Of a stretch of 64,000 nt of DNA, positions 26,969 to 35,844 are shown in pieces. The notes beneath the pieces were generated by a model. That model searched no databases. It had not been told where the DNA came from and saw only the letters and a list, made by a program, of their open reading frames with translations. Made by a program: the position numbers and the translations under genes. Source of the DNA: Parvicellaceae bacterium (GTDB lineage: Bacteria; Bacteroidota; Bacteroidia; Flavobacteriales_D; JAUILH01); the NCBI GenBank assembly GCA_965230535.1, contig OZ246010.1, positions 2,202,792 to 2,266,791 on the forward strand, read 5' to 3'. Every line of letters begins with the position of its first letter. The stretch's first letter is position 1.

Positions 26969-28261
26969 ATGTACAAGGACATTTATGTAAAGGGACATCC
27001 AATTTTTGGACAGGGATTGAAATTTAAAGCTGATCCTCTGGCTTTTTTTGAAGAAATTAAAACACATAATCCCGGGATTCAAAAATTCAGATTTGGTTAC
27101 TTGCCAATGGTAAATTTGTCTCATCCGGAGTTGATCAAACATGTGCTTCAAACCAATAACAAAAACTACCATAAAGGCCGGGAATACATGCACCTAAGAC
27201 CTGTATTGGGAAATGGGTTGCTCACCAATGAAGGCGAGAGTTGGCTGACACAAAGAAGGTTGGCTCAACCTGCATTTCACAAGCAAAAAATCCAAAACTT
27301 TATTCAAGTCATGGAATCTTCTACTGATGCCATGTTTACTATTGATCAAAAAGAGCTTAGCGCAGACATTCACGATTGGATGATGAAGCTCACAATGGAT
27401 ATAGTATCAAGGACTATGTTTGGTGTTCAGGTTAAAGAAGATGAAGAAAAAGTCGAACACGCCCTGTCTGTTGCTATCGAAAGTTCCTATGGTCGGGTAA
27501 AAACACTCATTAATCCACCGCTTTGGTTGCCTACAAAAACAGTAAGACGATATAACCAGAGCATCAAAGACCTGAATGAGGTGGTCAATACAATTGTGGC
27601 GCAGAGGAGAGAGTCAAGGGGTCGTTACGACGATTTATTGGACATGCTGATGTATGCACAGGATGAAGAAACCAAAGAAACCATGTCAGACATTCAGCTG
27701 AGAGATGAAGTGATGACTATTTTTCTGGCAGGACATGAAACAACGGCAAATGCATTGACCTGGGCGCTTTATATTCTCAATAAGAACAAGCAACAGAAGC
27801 AACACTTATTAGATGAATTAGAATCTCATAACTGGGCTTACGACACCCCCTACCTCAACCTGATAATTAAGGAAGTGTTGAGGTTATTTCCTCCTGCATG
27901 GGCAGTTGGCAGAAGGGCAATAGAATCGGATGAAATAGGAGGTGTACCTGTTCCTGCAAAAAGCAACTTAACGATTTGTAGCTATCAGGTGCACAGAGAC
28001 CCTGAGTTTTGGGAAGACCCGCATATTTTTAAACCAGAGAGGTTCGAGAATGAAAAGGATTATCATAAGTTTCAATACTTCCCTTTTGGAGGCGGACCAA
28101 GGTTTTGTATTGGGAATAACTTTGCTCAAATAGAAATGCAGATCATTCTGAGTAAATTTCTGAGAAAGTTTACGTACTCATGTTCCAATGAAGTTGAAAA
28201 GGAACCATTGATAACCTTAAGACCAAAAGGAGGTTTGCCTGTGCGGCTTACTCAGCGATAA
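26969..28261 (+). CDS. cytochrome P450
   Basis: Heme-binding loop FPFGGGPRFCIGNNFA, I-helix AGHETTA and the ExxR motif (EVLRL). Confidence 0.92.
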   Translation: MYKDIYVKGHPIFGQGLKFKADPLAFFEEIKTHNPGIQKFRFGYLPMVNLSHPELIKHVLQTNNKNYHKGREYMHLRPVLGNGLLTNEGESWLTQRRLAQPAFHKQKIQNFIQVMESSTDAMFTIDQKELSADIHDWMMKLTMDIVSRTMFGVQVKEDEEKVEHALSVAIESSYGRVKTLINPPLWLPTKTVRRYNQSIKDLNEVVNTIVAQRRESRGRYDDLLDMLMYAQDEETKETMSDIQLRDEVMTIFLAGHETTANALTWALYILNKNKQQKQHLLDELESHNWAYDTPYLNLIIKEVLRLFPPAWAVGRRAIESDEIGGVPVPAKSNLTICSYQVHRDPEFWEDPHIFKPERFENEKDYHKFQYFPFGGGPRFCIGNNFAQIEMQIILSKFLRKFTYSCSNEVEKEPLITLRPKGGLPVRLTQR

Positions 28262-29501
28262 GTTCGTCTACAATTTTGTTGAATTCCTCAACTGTTTCTT
28301 TGTATTTCTCACCAGTTCCGGGACCGTAAAAACCAGTATGAATTTTTCTCACCTTTCCTTTTTTATCAATGAAAATAGTGGTTGGAAAAGACATGATGTG
28401 GTTAAGCATTGGCAATTGCTTGTTTGCCTCAGACTTACTGGCTACACCGGCATATAGAAAAGTGTAATCGGCATTTAAATGATCTCTTAATCTTTTCACA
28501 TTACCCATGGCTATGCTGTGAACGTCAGATTTTTCGAAACAAAGCGCTACTATTTCAAGGTCTTTTTTAGACTTTTTCTGACTAATTTCTGTCAACAGTT
28601 TTGTTTCATCAAGGCAGTTAGGACACCATGATCCCATGATTTCGATGATGGTTACCTTGTCTTCAAATCGATCTGAAGGATACTCTACCATCTCATTTTC
28701 AATATTCGGAAAAGAGAACTTAATACCATCATAACCGTCTTTTATATAGGTAAGAGAGAAAGGGTTTCTCAATTCAAAACCCGGATTAATATTGGCAACC
28801 CAAGGTTCGGACCAGTGTGTTCCGGACTTAAAATATCCCTGGTCAATTTTGTCTTCAGCAGAAAAGTGCGCTTTAAATAAGAAAGCATGAGACCCGTCAA
28901 AACAACTTAAAATAAGTGTGTCTCTGCAAAAACTTCCGGCCAAATAACGATAGTCTCCGGTTTCCGTTAAAAACGTACCATGAACAGCATCACCAACAGA
29001 GCGAAACAAACCAATGGCATCATAAGCATCTTCCGGGTTGTTGGGAGAAAAATGAACTTCCCAGTTATCGCCATTGTTTAATGGAAACTTGTCCGGCTTA
29101 CATGCATAGCGTTTCTTGTCAGTTCTTTCTGCCTTAAAGGCTATTTTGTAGTCCTTACTTTTTGCGTAGTTATACCAGTATCCTTCAATTGATGAATTAG
29201 AGTTGACCTTTCCTTTAAACTCGGAATCAAAAACCGGCAACATCATAAAGATAGAATCACCTTTATACATGATTTCATCAACGGTTATTCTTTCATCAGC
29301 ATTGAGGATCACCCCGTGGTGGGCATCCGTAAATTCGAACTCAAACTCAAGTATATCACCAGCACCAAGGTCCATTGAAAATAACCAGGCACCAGCCTCA
29401 GGAGTAGAAATATTTTGGCTTAATTTGTCTGCTGTTGACTTCTTAACTTCACATGAAGATAGAGTCAGGAACAAAATAAGCAGGCTTAAAAGTTGTTTCA
29501 T
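28248..29501 (-). CDS. TlpA-like thioredoxin-fold lipoprotein (thiol:disulfide oxidoreductase family)
   Basis: Lipoprotein signal MKQLLSLLILFLTLSSC from the ATG at 29499-29501. C-terminal thioredoxin fold with a WCPNC active site. The N-terminal roughly 270 aa are of unknown function. Confidence 0.8.
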   Translation of the reverse strand: MKQLLSLLILFLTLSSCEVKKSTADKLSQNISTPEAGAWLFSMDLGAGDILEFEFEFTDAHHGVILNADERITVDEIMYKGDSIFMMLPVFDSEFKGKVNSNSSIEGYWYNYAKSKDYKIAFKAERTDKKRYACKPDKFPLNNGDNWEVHFSPNNPEDAYDAIGLFRSVGDAVHGTFLTETGDYRYLAGSFCRDTLILSCFDGSHAFLFKAHFSAEDKIDQGYFKSGTHWSEPWVANINPGFELRNPFSLTYIKDGYDGIKFSFPNIENEMVEYPSDRFEDKVTIIEIMGSWCPNCLDETKLLTEISQKKSKKDLEIVALCFEKSDVHSIAMGNVKRLRDHLNADYTFLYAGVASKSEANKQLPMLNHIMSFPTTIFIDKKGKVRKIHTGFYGPGTGEKYKETVEEFNKIVDELIAE

Positions 29502-29630
29502 AAAGTAGTGGTGTACCAAAGTACAATAAATAGCTGTATTTTGATGTCTACAAATGTAAGTAATAAAGAAAATTAGTCCTCATGCAACTTTTTGCACAAA
29601 CTTGTAGTCTTAACTCCGAACCTGTGATGT

Positions 29631-30164
29631 ATGACAGATGAGCAACTTATTAAATCGAGTATAAAAGGCGATAGGGTTGCGCAAAAGAAGTTGTACGAAA
29701 AGTACGCGGGCAAAATGATGGGTGTGTGCATGAGATATGTAGACAACTCTGATGATGCCAGTGATGTTTTACAGGATGGGTTCATTAAGATCTTTGAAAA
29801 ACTGGGCTCTTACAAGCATCAAGGTTCTTTTGAAGGGTGGATAAGGCGAATATTTGTGAATACAGCTTTAGACCACTTGAGGAGGAACAAAAACATGAAG
29901 TATGCTGTTGAGTTAGATGGGGCAGAATATTTGGCTCCTCAGATGGAAAACGTCATGAGTGGATTGGCAGCTGAAGATTTGCTGCAAATTTTGAATAAAA
30001 TACCTTCCGGCTACCGGACAGTATTTAACATGTACGCCATTGAGGGATATAGTCATAAAGAAATTGCAGAAGCATTGGATATTTCAGTGAACACATCTAA
30101 ATCTCAGTACTCGAGAGCAAAAAGTTTTTTAAGGAAATTGGTAGAACAATACGATTTAAGATAA
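29631..30164 (+). CDS. ECF-type RNA polymerase sigma-70 family factor
   Basis: Region 2 (DASDVLQDGFIKIFEKL...WIRRIFVNTALDHLRR) and region 4 HTH (YRTVFNMYAIEGYSHKEIAEALDISVNTSKSQYSRAK). Confidence 0.9.
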   Translation: MTDEQLIKSSIKGDRVAQKKLYEKYAGKMMGVCMRYVDNSDDASDVLQDGFIKIFEKLGSYKHQGSFEGWIRRIFVNTALDHLRRNKNMKYAVELDGAEYLAPQMENVMSGLAAEDLLQILNKIPSGYRTVFNMYAIEGYSHKEIAEALDISVNTSKSQYSRAKSFLRKLVEQYDLR

Positions 30165-31340
30165 TTGGGCAAAAAGGATAACATAGAAGAGGTTTTTAAA
30201 GACGCATTTGAGTCTTTTGAAGCACCCGTGGATCCGTCTGTATGGGCAGGGGTTCAGTCCGGAATGTCTGGTGCAGGGTCTGGCGCTGCTGCTGCCGGAA
30301 CAAGCCTTACTGCAAAAATCGTTGGTTTTACTGTGGCTGCAGCCATCACTACAGCTGCGGTTGTTGGCATCTACCAGTACACATCTTCAGAAGAAGAGCC
30401 TGTGCAAAAAGATGACAATAAAGAATTGGTGGAAAACACCACTACTCCAAAAGAAGATATTGAGGCACCCATTGCTTTAGAAGATAAGTCAACGGACTCT
30501 ATTAAGGAACCGGCATCTAAAGAAGAGACCAATACACCGGAAGAAAAATCAGATGTTGTAAATAACGGTTCTTCAGGAAATGCAAATCCTGCCGCTTCTG
30601 CCGACACGCATTCTCCTGATAAAACAGATTCCACTCCAGACAAGTCCAATGATGCCAATACGGCGACGGATAAGTCGGATGCGACTAAAGAAAAGACTGA
30701 TAACACCAAAACATCCAGCGACAAAGAAGCTACAACAGAGTCTAAGGATGAACCAAAGCACGATCCTTTAACTGTAAGTGCACGTCTTGAAAACCAGAAG
30801 GGAACTGCTCCTCTTACGGTGAAAATGCTTGGTACCACTAATGGTTCTGACTTGATCTGGACTGTTAATGATGGAAACGGAAACAAAGTTCTTGAAGGGA
30901 ATGAACAATCATTCACTTTTGAAGAGTCTGGAAACTTCCTGGTTGTTGTTGAAGGCACAAATGAGCACGGAGAGAAGGAAAGACAAGAGTTTTTAGTTGA
31001 GGTAGAGCCAGATGTACAAATTTCCATGAACCTTGATCAGGCTGTTTTGGAAAGAGACGGAAGCGTTCTTTTAATTCCGAATAGCTTTGATAAGAATGAA
31101 TTAAAGTTTGTGGTTGAGAATGAAGATTCCATTGATTTCTTCAAGATGGTTGTGGTAGACGGGAATACACAAAAAATCGTCTTCGAAACAACAGACATTT
31201 CACAAAGAAACTGGAACGGAACCAATCAATTTGGAGAGCCTTTACCTGCCGGTCAGAGTTACTATCTAACTATTTTCGCTGGTGATAAAGATGGCAATAT
31301 GGTTGAACCAATCAGAAAGCGATTGGCCATTGTTCGCTAA
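30165..31340 (+). CDS. putative membrane anti-sigma factor with PKD-like and CHU_C-like extracytoplasmic domains
   Basis: The TTG start directly abuts the sigma-factor stop codon. The protein has a short cytoplasmic N-terminus, one TM (AKIVGFTVAAAITTAAVVGIYQY) and a T/S/D/K-rich linker. It also has a PKD-like module and a C-terminal LIPNSF...WNGTNQFGEPLPAGQSYYLTIFAGDKDGN segment resembling T9SS type B tails. The start codon is uncertain. Confidence 0.55.
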   Translation: MGKKDNIEEVFKDAFESFEAPVDPSVWAGVQSGMSGAGSGAAAAGTSLTAKIVGFTVAAAITTAAVVGIYQYTSSEEEPVQKDDNKELVENTTTPKEDIEAPIALEDKSTDSIKEPASKEETNTPEEKSDVVNNGSSGNANPAASADTHSPDKTDSTPDKSNDANTATDKSDATKEKTDNTKTSSDKEATTESKDEPKHDPLTVSARLENQKGTAPLTVKMLGTTNGSDLIWTVNDGNGNKVLEGNEQSFTFEESGNFLVVVEGTNEHGEKERQEFLVEVEPDVQISMNLDQAVLERDGSVLLIPNSFDKNELKFVVENEDSIDFFKMVVVDGNTQKIVFETTDISQRNWNGTNQFGEPLPAGQSYYLTIFAGDKDGNMVEPIRKRLAIVR

Positions 31341-34300
31341 TCTATTCTTACGCCGATTACAAGCACATCATCCACTTGTTTTTGATCTCCCTGCCACGAT
31401 TTAAACGCGTCATTCAGTCTTGTGTGCTGATCTTCCATGCTTAAGTGGTTTACTTCTAACAACAGTTGTTTGAAACGCTTTCTGGTGAACTTCTTGTTCT
31501 TTGGTCCACCAAACTGATCCGTGAAACCATCAGAGAACACATACAAACAATCTCCGTGCTCCAATTGAAACTCATGAGAGCTGAAGTTTTTGTCGTGATC
31601 GTATGAACCACCAATCGACTCTTTTGTGGGCTCAAAAATCATGAGCTCTCCGTTTCTTACAACATACAACGGGTTAAATGCACCTGCAAACTGGCACATC
31701 ATACTGTCTAAATGAACAGCACAAAGCGCGATATCCATACCATCTTTTGTACTGGCCACACCTTCTTCACTTTGGTGAAGCGCACGAATGATCATTTTAT
31801 CTAATCGCTCAAGGGCCTGGTGAGGCGCATCAATGTTACTGTTGTTTACAATCTGATGTAAGAACTCGTTTCCTATCATGCTCATAAAAGCACCAGGAAC
31901 ACCATGTCCGGTACAATCTGCAGCAGCAAACACCAAAACACCTCTAATATGAGAGAACCAGTAGAAGTCTCCGGAAACAATGTCTCTTGGTTTATACAAC
32001 ACAAACGAAGACTTAAAATAGGATTGCATAATCCCAATATCCGGAAGTACCGCTCGCTGAATTTGCTTGGCATAAACAATGCTGTCGGTTAAATCTTTAT
32101 TGGTTTGTATCAGGCGGTTTGCAATCTGTTTTCTATCGGTGATGTCCGTGTAGACCACCACAATGTTTCTTAGTATTCCATCTTGATATACTGGCGTGAG
32201 AGAAGCCGTGGTCCACATAATTTCACCGTTCTTCTTGTTGTGAAAAGAATCGTAGAAAATGGTCTCTGAGCTAATATGGAAGTTCTGAACAATCTCTTCA
32301 ATATTCTTGTTGGAACTGAGGTTTTGAATGCTATGCGCCTTTTCAATAATTTTCCCAAACTCCTCTTTGGTGTACCCCGAGTTTCTGACCATACCAAAGT
32401 TGTAGTACTGGATAACACCAAACTCATCGGTAATGATAACGGCCTCATTCATTCTTTGAGCAACCATAGAGAGCTTTTCCAGCTCCTTGTTTTTCTTTCT
32501 TAGCTCGCTTTCAAAGGTTTTTCTGTCGGTAATGTCTGTATAGACACCAATGATGTTTTGAAGCTTTCCTTTCTTATTGTAGATGGGTGTGAGAGTGCCT
32601 CCTGTCCAGCGCTTGTTGCCAGTTTTGCTGAGATGCAAACTGTCATATCTAAAGGCTTTATCAACTTCATGGAACCCAGCAATAACAGCAGGTAGTTCAT
32701 CATAAGAACTAAGATCTTTCAGGTTCTTAATCTTCCCATACTTAGATGCCTGAAACTCTTCCAGCGTTTCATAACCGGCCATTTCGTGGAACGATTTGTT
32801 GTACCACTCAATGTTGCCATACGCATCACAAATCAAAACGGCATCATAAATTTCTCTTGCCACAATAGACAGGCGTTCTAAGTCTTTATTGTTTTTCTGA
32901 AGCTCAAACGTGCGTTGTCTGATCAACTCTTCCAGACGTCTTTTGGATCTTGATAAACGACGGGTCCTCCAAAGCAACAGGAAGTATATAATGATGATGG
33001 ACAGAGGAATTATGATTGCATAAAACCAGGTTTTCGTCCAGAACGGCCCTTCGATTTCAAAGTGATATTCTTTTTCGTCACTCCAGTTGCCATAAGCGTC
33101 TCTACACCTAACCTTAAACGTATAGCTTCCAGGCGGCAAATATGGGTATGAAGCAGAGGTTTCCTTGGTTTCCGGCGACCAGTCATTATCATAGCCCTCC
33201 AGCATAAACTGATAAACTACCCCGTCAGCATTTTGGAAATCAATACCGGTAAAGTCAAAGGAAATGTGGTTATGCTCATGATCAAATACCGGGTTAACAG
33301 GCAAACCATTCTTTTCTTTATAATCCGGATATGCTGTTCTCCAGTTCACCGCACCATATTGAATCCTTAATCCCTTGAGGAGCATAAAAGGCGCCGTGGT
33401 TTTTGGAATGTCGTTTTCCTGAACATAGCGGTAGGCCCCTTTGATACTTCCGAACCACACACTGCCGTCCGACCCCACAATAAACGCCTTGTCGTTGGTT
33501 TCAACACCACCAAATCCGTCTGCACTTGAAAAGGATCTTTTGGTATTGATCATCCCGTTGGAGCTAAGAACAATTCGATCTAAACCAGATTGATGTCCCA
33601 CCCATAAAAACCCGTCTACAAACCTTACAAAATAAGGACTGTTATTACTGAGTCCGTTGGTTTCATTTAACAAAATACTGGAGCCATCTTCCCGAATCAC
33701 AGAAACCCCAAGCTGATGTAAAACAAAGTGGTTACCATGATTGTCCTGAGTAATATCTCTGAAAGACCCCGTTTCCACAGAGAAACTGTATTCGTGAGAT
33801 TTGCTGCCATCGTAGCTAATGACCTTGCTTTCTGTTAAGAACCAAACCAGGCCATCCAGGTCTTCATAGATATAATTAACAGTTGTTTCGCCCAAAATGG
33901 AAGGCAGTAAATGATAGATGCTATCCTTGGTTAAAACCTGAACTCCATCGTCTGTGGACAACCACATTTCTCCTGGATTGGCCTCATAAACAGAGTAAAC
34001 TTCTGTGTCGTCAAATTGTTTGGGATAAAGAACGGAGTCTCCATGACTTTTAATGAGGGCCACACCTTTTATGGTAGATACCCAGACATCACCAGAGTGG
34101 TCTTCAATAACAGAAGTGACATAATCGTGTGGCAATCCGTTCTCGCTTGAAAAGGATTTAATGCTGCCATCAGGAGCCATTCTGTCCAGGCCTTTTTCGG
34201 AACCGAACCAAACGTTTCCAAATCGGTCTTCTTCCAAACACATGATCTGATTGCTGGACAGCCCGATTTTTTTGTTGTAAGAGGTAAAGGCAAACCCCTG

Positions 34301-35239
34301 AAATAAGGAAATACCTGTTCCATCAGTTCCTACCCACAAGTTATTGTTGTTGTCTTTGTACAGGTCGTAAATGTAGTTGGTGTTCAGTCCGTTTTCATCG
34401 GTTATGAAATGACTTTTTCCTTTGCTGTAAATATGAATGCCGTCTTCTTCCGTGGCCACCCAAATACTGTTATTCGGACCCTCTTCAACATCAATTAAAC
34501 TCATGGTATGCAGACTGGAATCTACAAATTCCGGCCTTTTGAATATGTCGTCTTCAAGCTGCCAAAGTCCATTGTCTGAAGCACAGAAAAAACGGTTTTT
34601 CTCATCCAATAAGAAGGCATTTACCAGCTTGGCATCAAAATGAGAAATGCCTGTGACGTTTTTGGCTTTGTGGTTTTTAATTCTGGCCACACCGTAACCG
34701 TACGACCCAACCCAAATATTCCCAACGGCATCTTCTCCAATGGCGTTTACTTTACTAAAACCCAGGCCATCATTGATCCCGTAGTGGGTGAAATTCTTTC
34801 CGTTAAACATGTACAAGCCATGTTCTTCCGTTCCAATCCAAACATTATTTAGGCGGTCTTCAAATATGCACCAAACCGGTGATGTGGTAAACCCATCTTG
34901 TTCTGTGTATTGTTTAATCTTGTTGTTTTTGGCCTGGAAAAGTCCAGACTCTGAAGCAATCCACAAAGAACCATCGGAAGCACTGATAATCTTCCATACG
35001 GTGAGACTTGAGAATTTATCGCTGTGAAAGTTTTTGAAGTTGTGCCCATCAAAAGTATTGATCCCCCCACTCTGGGTTGCAATGTAAATTAACCCGTCGT
35101 TTGCATGGGCCATGCTCAACACCTGAGACTGACTTAGACCGTCTTCTGTACTATAATGCCTGAAATGATAGTTTTGCGCATGTGTGTGAAAGCCAAGGCT
35201 AATAAAAAGAGATATCAGTATGTACAGGGGCAGTTTCAC
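31337..35239 (-). CDS. hybrid sensor phosphatase: periplasmic Reg_prop propellers + Y_Y_Y + TM + 2 PAS + PP2C/SpoIIE domain
   Basis: Signal peptide with a GTG start. Many Reg_prop blades (NxIWVGTxxGL) and a Y_Y_Y motif (YQFMLEGYDNDWS...PPGSYTFKVRCRD.YGNWS). One TM (FYAIIIPLSIIIIYFLLLW) and two PAS/PAC modules ending in YTDITDRK. SpoIIE motifs SGDFYWF, AADCTGHGVPGAFMSMIG and FSDGFTDQFG. Confidence 0.85.
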   Translation of the reverse strand: MKLPLYILISLFISLGFHTHAQNYHFRHYSTEDGLSQSQVLSMAHANDGLIYIATQSGGINTFDGHNFKNFHSDKFSSLTVWKIISASDGSLWIASESGLFQAKNNKIKQYTEQDGFTTSPVWCIFEDRLNNVWIGTEEHGLYMFNGKNFTHYGINDGLGFSKVNAIGEDAVGNIWVGSYGYGVARIKNHKAKNVTGISHFDAKLVNAFLLDEKNRFFCASDNGLWQLEDDIFKRPEFVDSSLHTMSLIDVEEGPNNSIWVATEEDGIHIYSKGKSHFITDENGLNTNYIYDLYKDNNNNLWVGTDGTGISLFQGFAFTSYNKKIGLSSNQIMCLEEDRFGNVWFGSEKGLDRMAPDGSIKSFSSENGLPHDYVTSVIEDHSGDVWVSTIKGVALIKSHGDSVLYPKQFDDTEVYSVYEANPGEMWLSTDDGVQVLTKDSIYHLLPSILGETTVNYIYEDLDGLVWFLTESKVISYDGSKSHEYSFSVETGSFRDITQDNHGNHFVLHQLGVSVIREDGSSILLNETNGLSNNSPYFVRFVDGFLWVGHQSGLDRIVLSSNGMINTKRSFSSADGFGGVETNDKAFIVGSDGSVWFGSIKGAYRYVQENDIPKTTAPFMLLKGLRIQYGAVNWRTAYPDYKEKNGLPVNPVFDHEHNHISFDFTGIDFQNADGVVYQFMLEGYDNDWSPETKETSASYPYLPPGSYTFKVRCRDAYGNWSDEKEYHFEIEGPFWTKTWFYAIIIPLSIIIIYFLLLWRTRRLSRSKRRLEELIRQRTFELQKNNKDLERLSIVAREIYDAVLICDAYGNIEWYNKSFHEMAGYETLEEFQASKYGKIKNLKDLSSYDELPAVIAGFHEVDKAFRYDSLHLSKTGNKRWTGGTLTPIYNKKGKLQNIIGVYTDITDRKTFESELRKKNKELEKLSMVAQRMNEAVIITDEFGVIQYYNFGMVRNSGYTKEEFGKIIEKAHSIQNLSSNKNIEEIVQNFHISSETIFYDSFHNKKNGEIMWTTASLTPVYQDGILRNIVVVYTDITDRKQIANRLIQTNKDLTDSIVYAKQIQRAVLPDIGIMQSYFKSSFVLYKPRDIVSGDFYWFSHIRGVLVFAAADCTGHGVPGAFMSMIGNEFLHQIVNNSNIDAPHQALERLDKMIIRALHQSEEGVASTKDGMDIALCAVHLDSMMCQFAGAFNPLYVVRNGELMIFEPTKESIGGSYDHDKNFSSHEFQLEHGDCLYVFSDGFTDQFGGPKNKKFTRKRFKQLLLEVNHLSMEDQHTRLNDAFKSWQGDQKQVDDVLVIGVRID

Positions 35240-35256
35240 AACAACAATATACCAAA

Positions 35257-35844
35257 TTATCTATATAAGACTTTGGTTTCGTGCGTGGCAAGTCCGACCA
35301 TAGGTAGGTCAGAAGCATCATTTCCATAACAATAAACATCTGAATAATCACTGAGATTATACAGTTCTTTGATCCGCTTTACCTTTTCGTCTCCCTTGCA
35401 ATTCTTGCCTTCAAGCTGCCCTGTATATCCCTTATTTGTTTTTTTGAGTTTAGATGCGATTAGTGTAAAGCCTTTTTGGTCGCACCAGGGTTTTAACCAT
35501 AGCTCACAACTTGCGCTGACAATTACGATTTCTGCCTGTTCGTTCTTAAGAAAGTCCAATTCCTCGGAAGCAGCCTTATAGATCCGCTCATCAAATGACT
35601 CAGTGAGCTTTGAAACAGCTTCTGAGATGGCTTCTTCAGACACATTACTTAAAACATATCCGAGAAACTGTTCTTTGGCTTTTTGAGAAGACCTCAGTTT
35701 GAGTTTTTTCAGGATGATGTTAAAACTACTCTTAATCAAAGCGGTTCGAACGAATGAGTTTCCCTTTAGAGTTTTGGCAAACTCCAGCATGGAATCGCCA
35801 TTGTAAATGGTGCCGTCAAAATCTATGAAGGCGATCTTTTTCAC
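35257..35844 (-). CDS. HAD-superfamily (subfamily IB-like) phosphatase
   Basis: Motif I FIDFDGTIY, VIVSAS, and C-terminal YGNDASDLPM. The GTG start overlaps the upstream stop (GTGA). Confidence 0.8.
   Translation of the reverse strand: MKKIAFIDFDGTIYNGDSMLEFAKTLKGNSFVRTALIKSSFNIILKKLKLRSSQKAKEQFLGYVLSNVSEEAISEAVSKLTESFDERIYKAASEELDFLKNEQAEIVIVSASCELWLKPWCDQKGFTLIASKLKKTNKGYTGQLEGKNCKGDEKVKRIKELYNLSDYSDVYCYGNDASDLPMVGLATHETKVLYR

Noticed and set aside
30371-31027. A 218-aa antisense ORF within the anti-sigma-like gene.
   Set aside because: Its Ser/Val-rich translation mirrors the T/S/D/K-rich linker on the sense strand. The sense frame has TM, PKD-like and CHU_C-like features, while the antisense frame has none.
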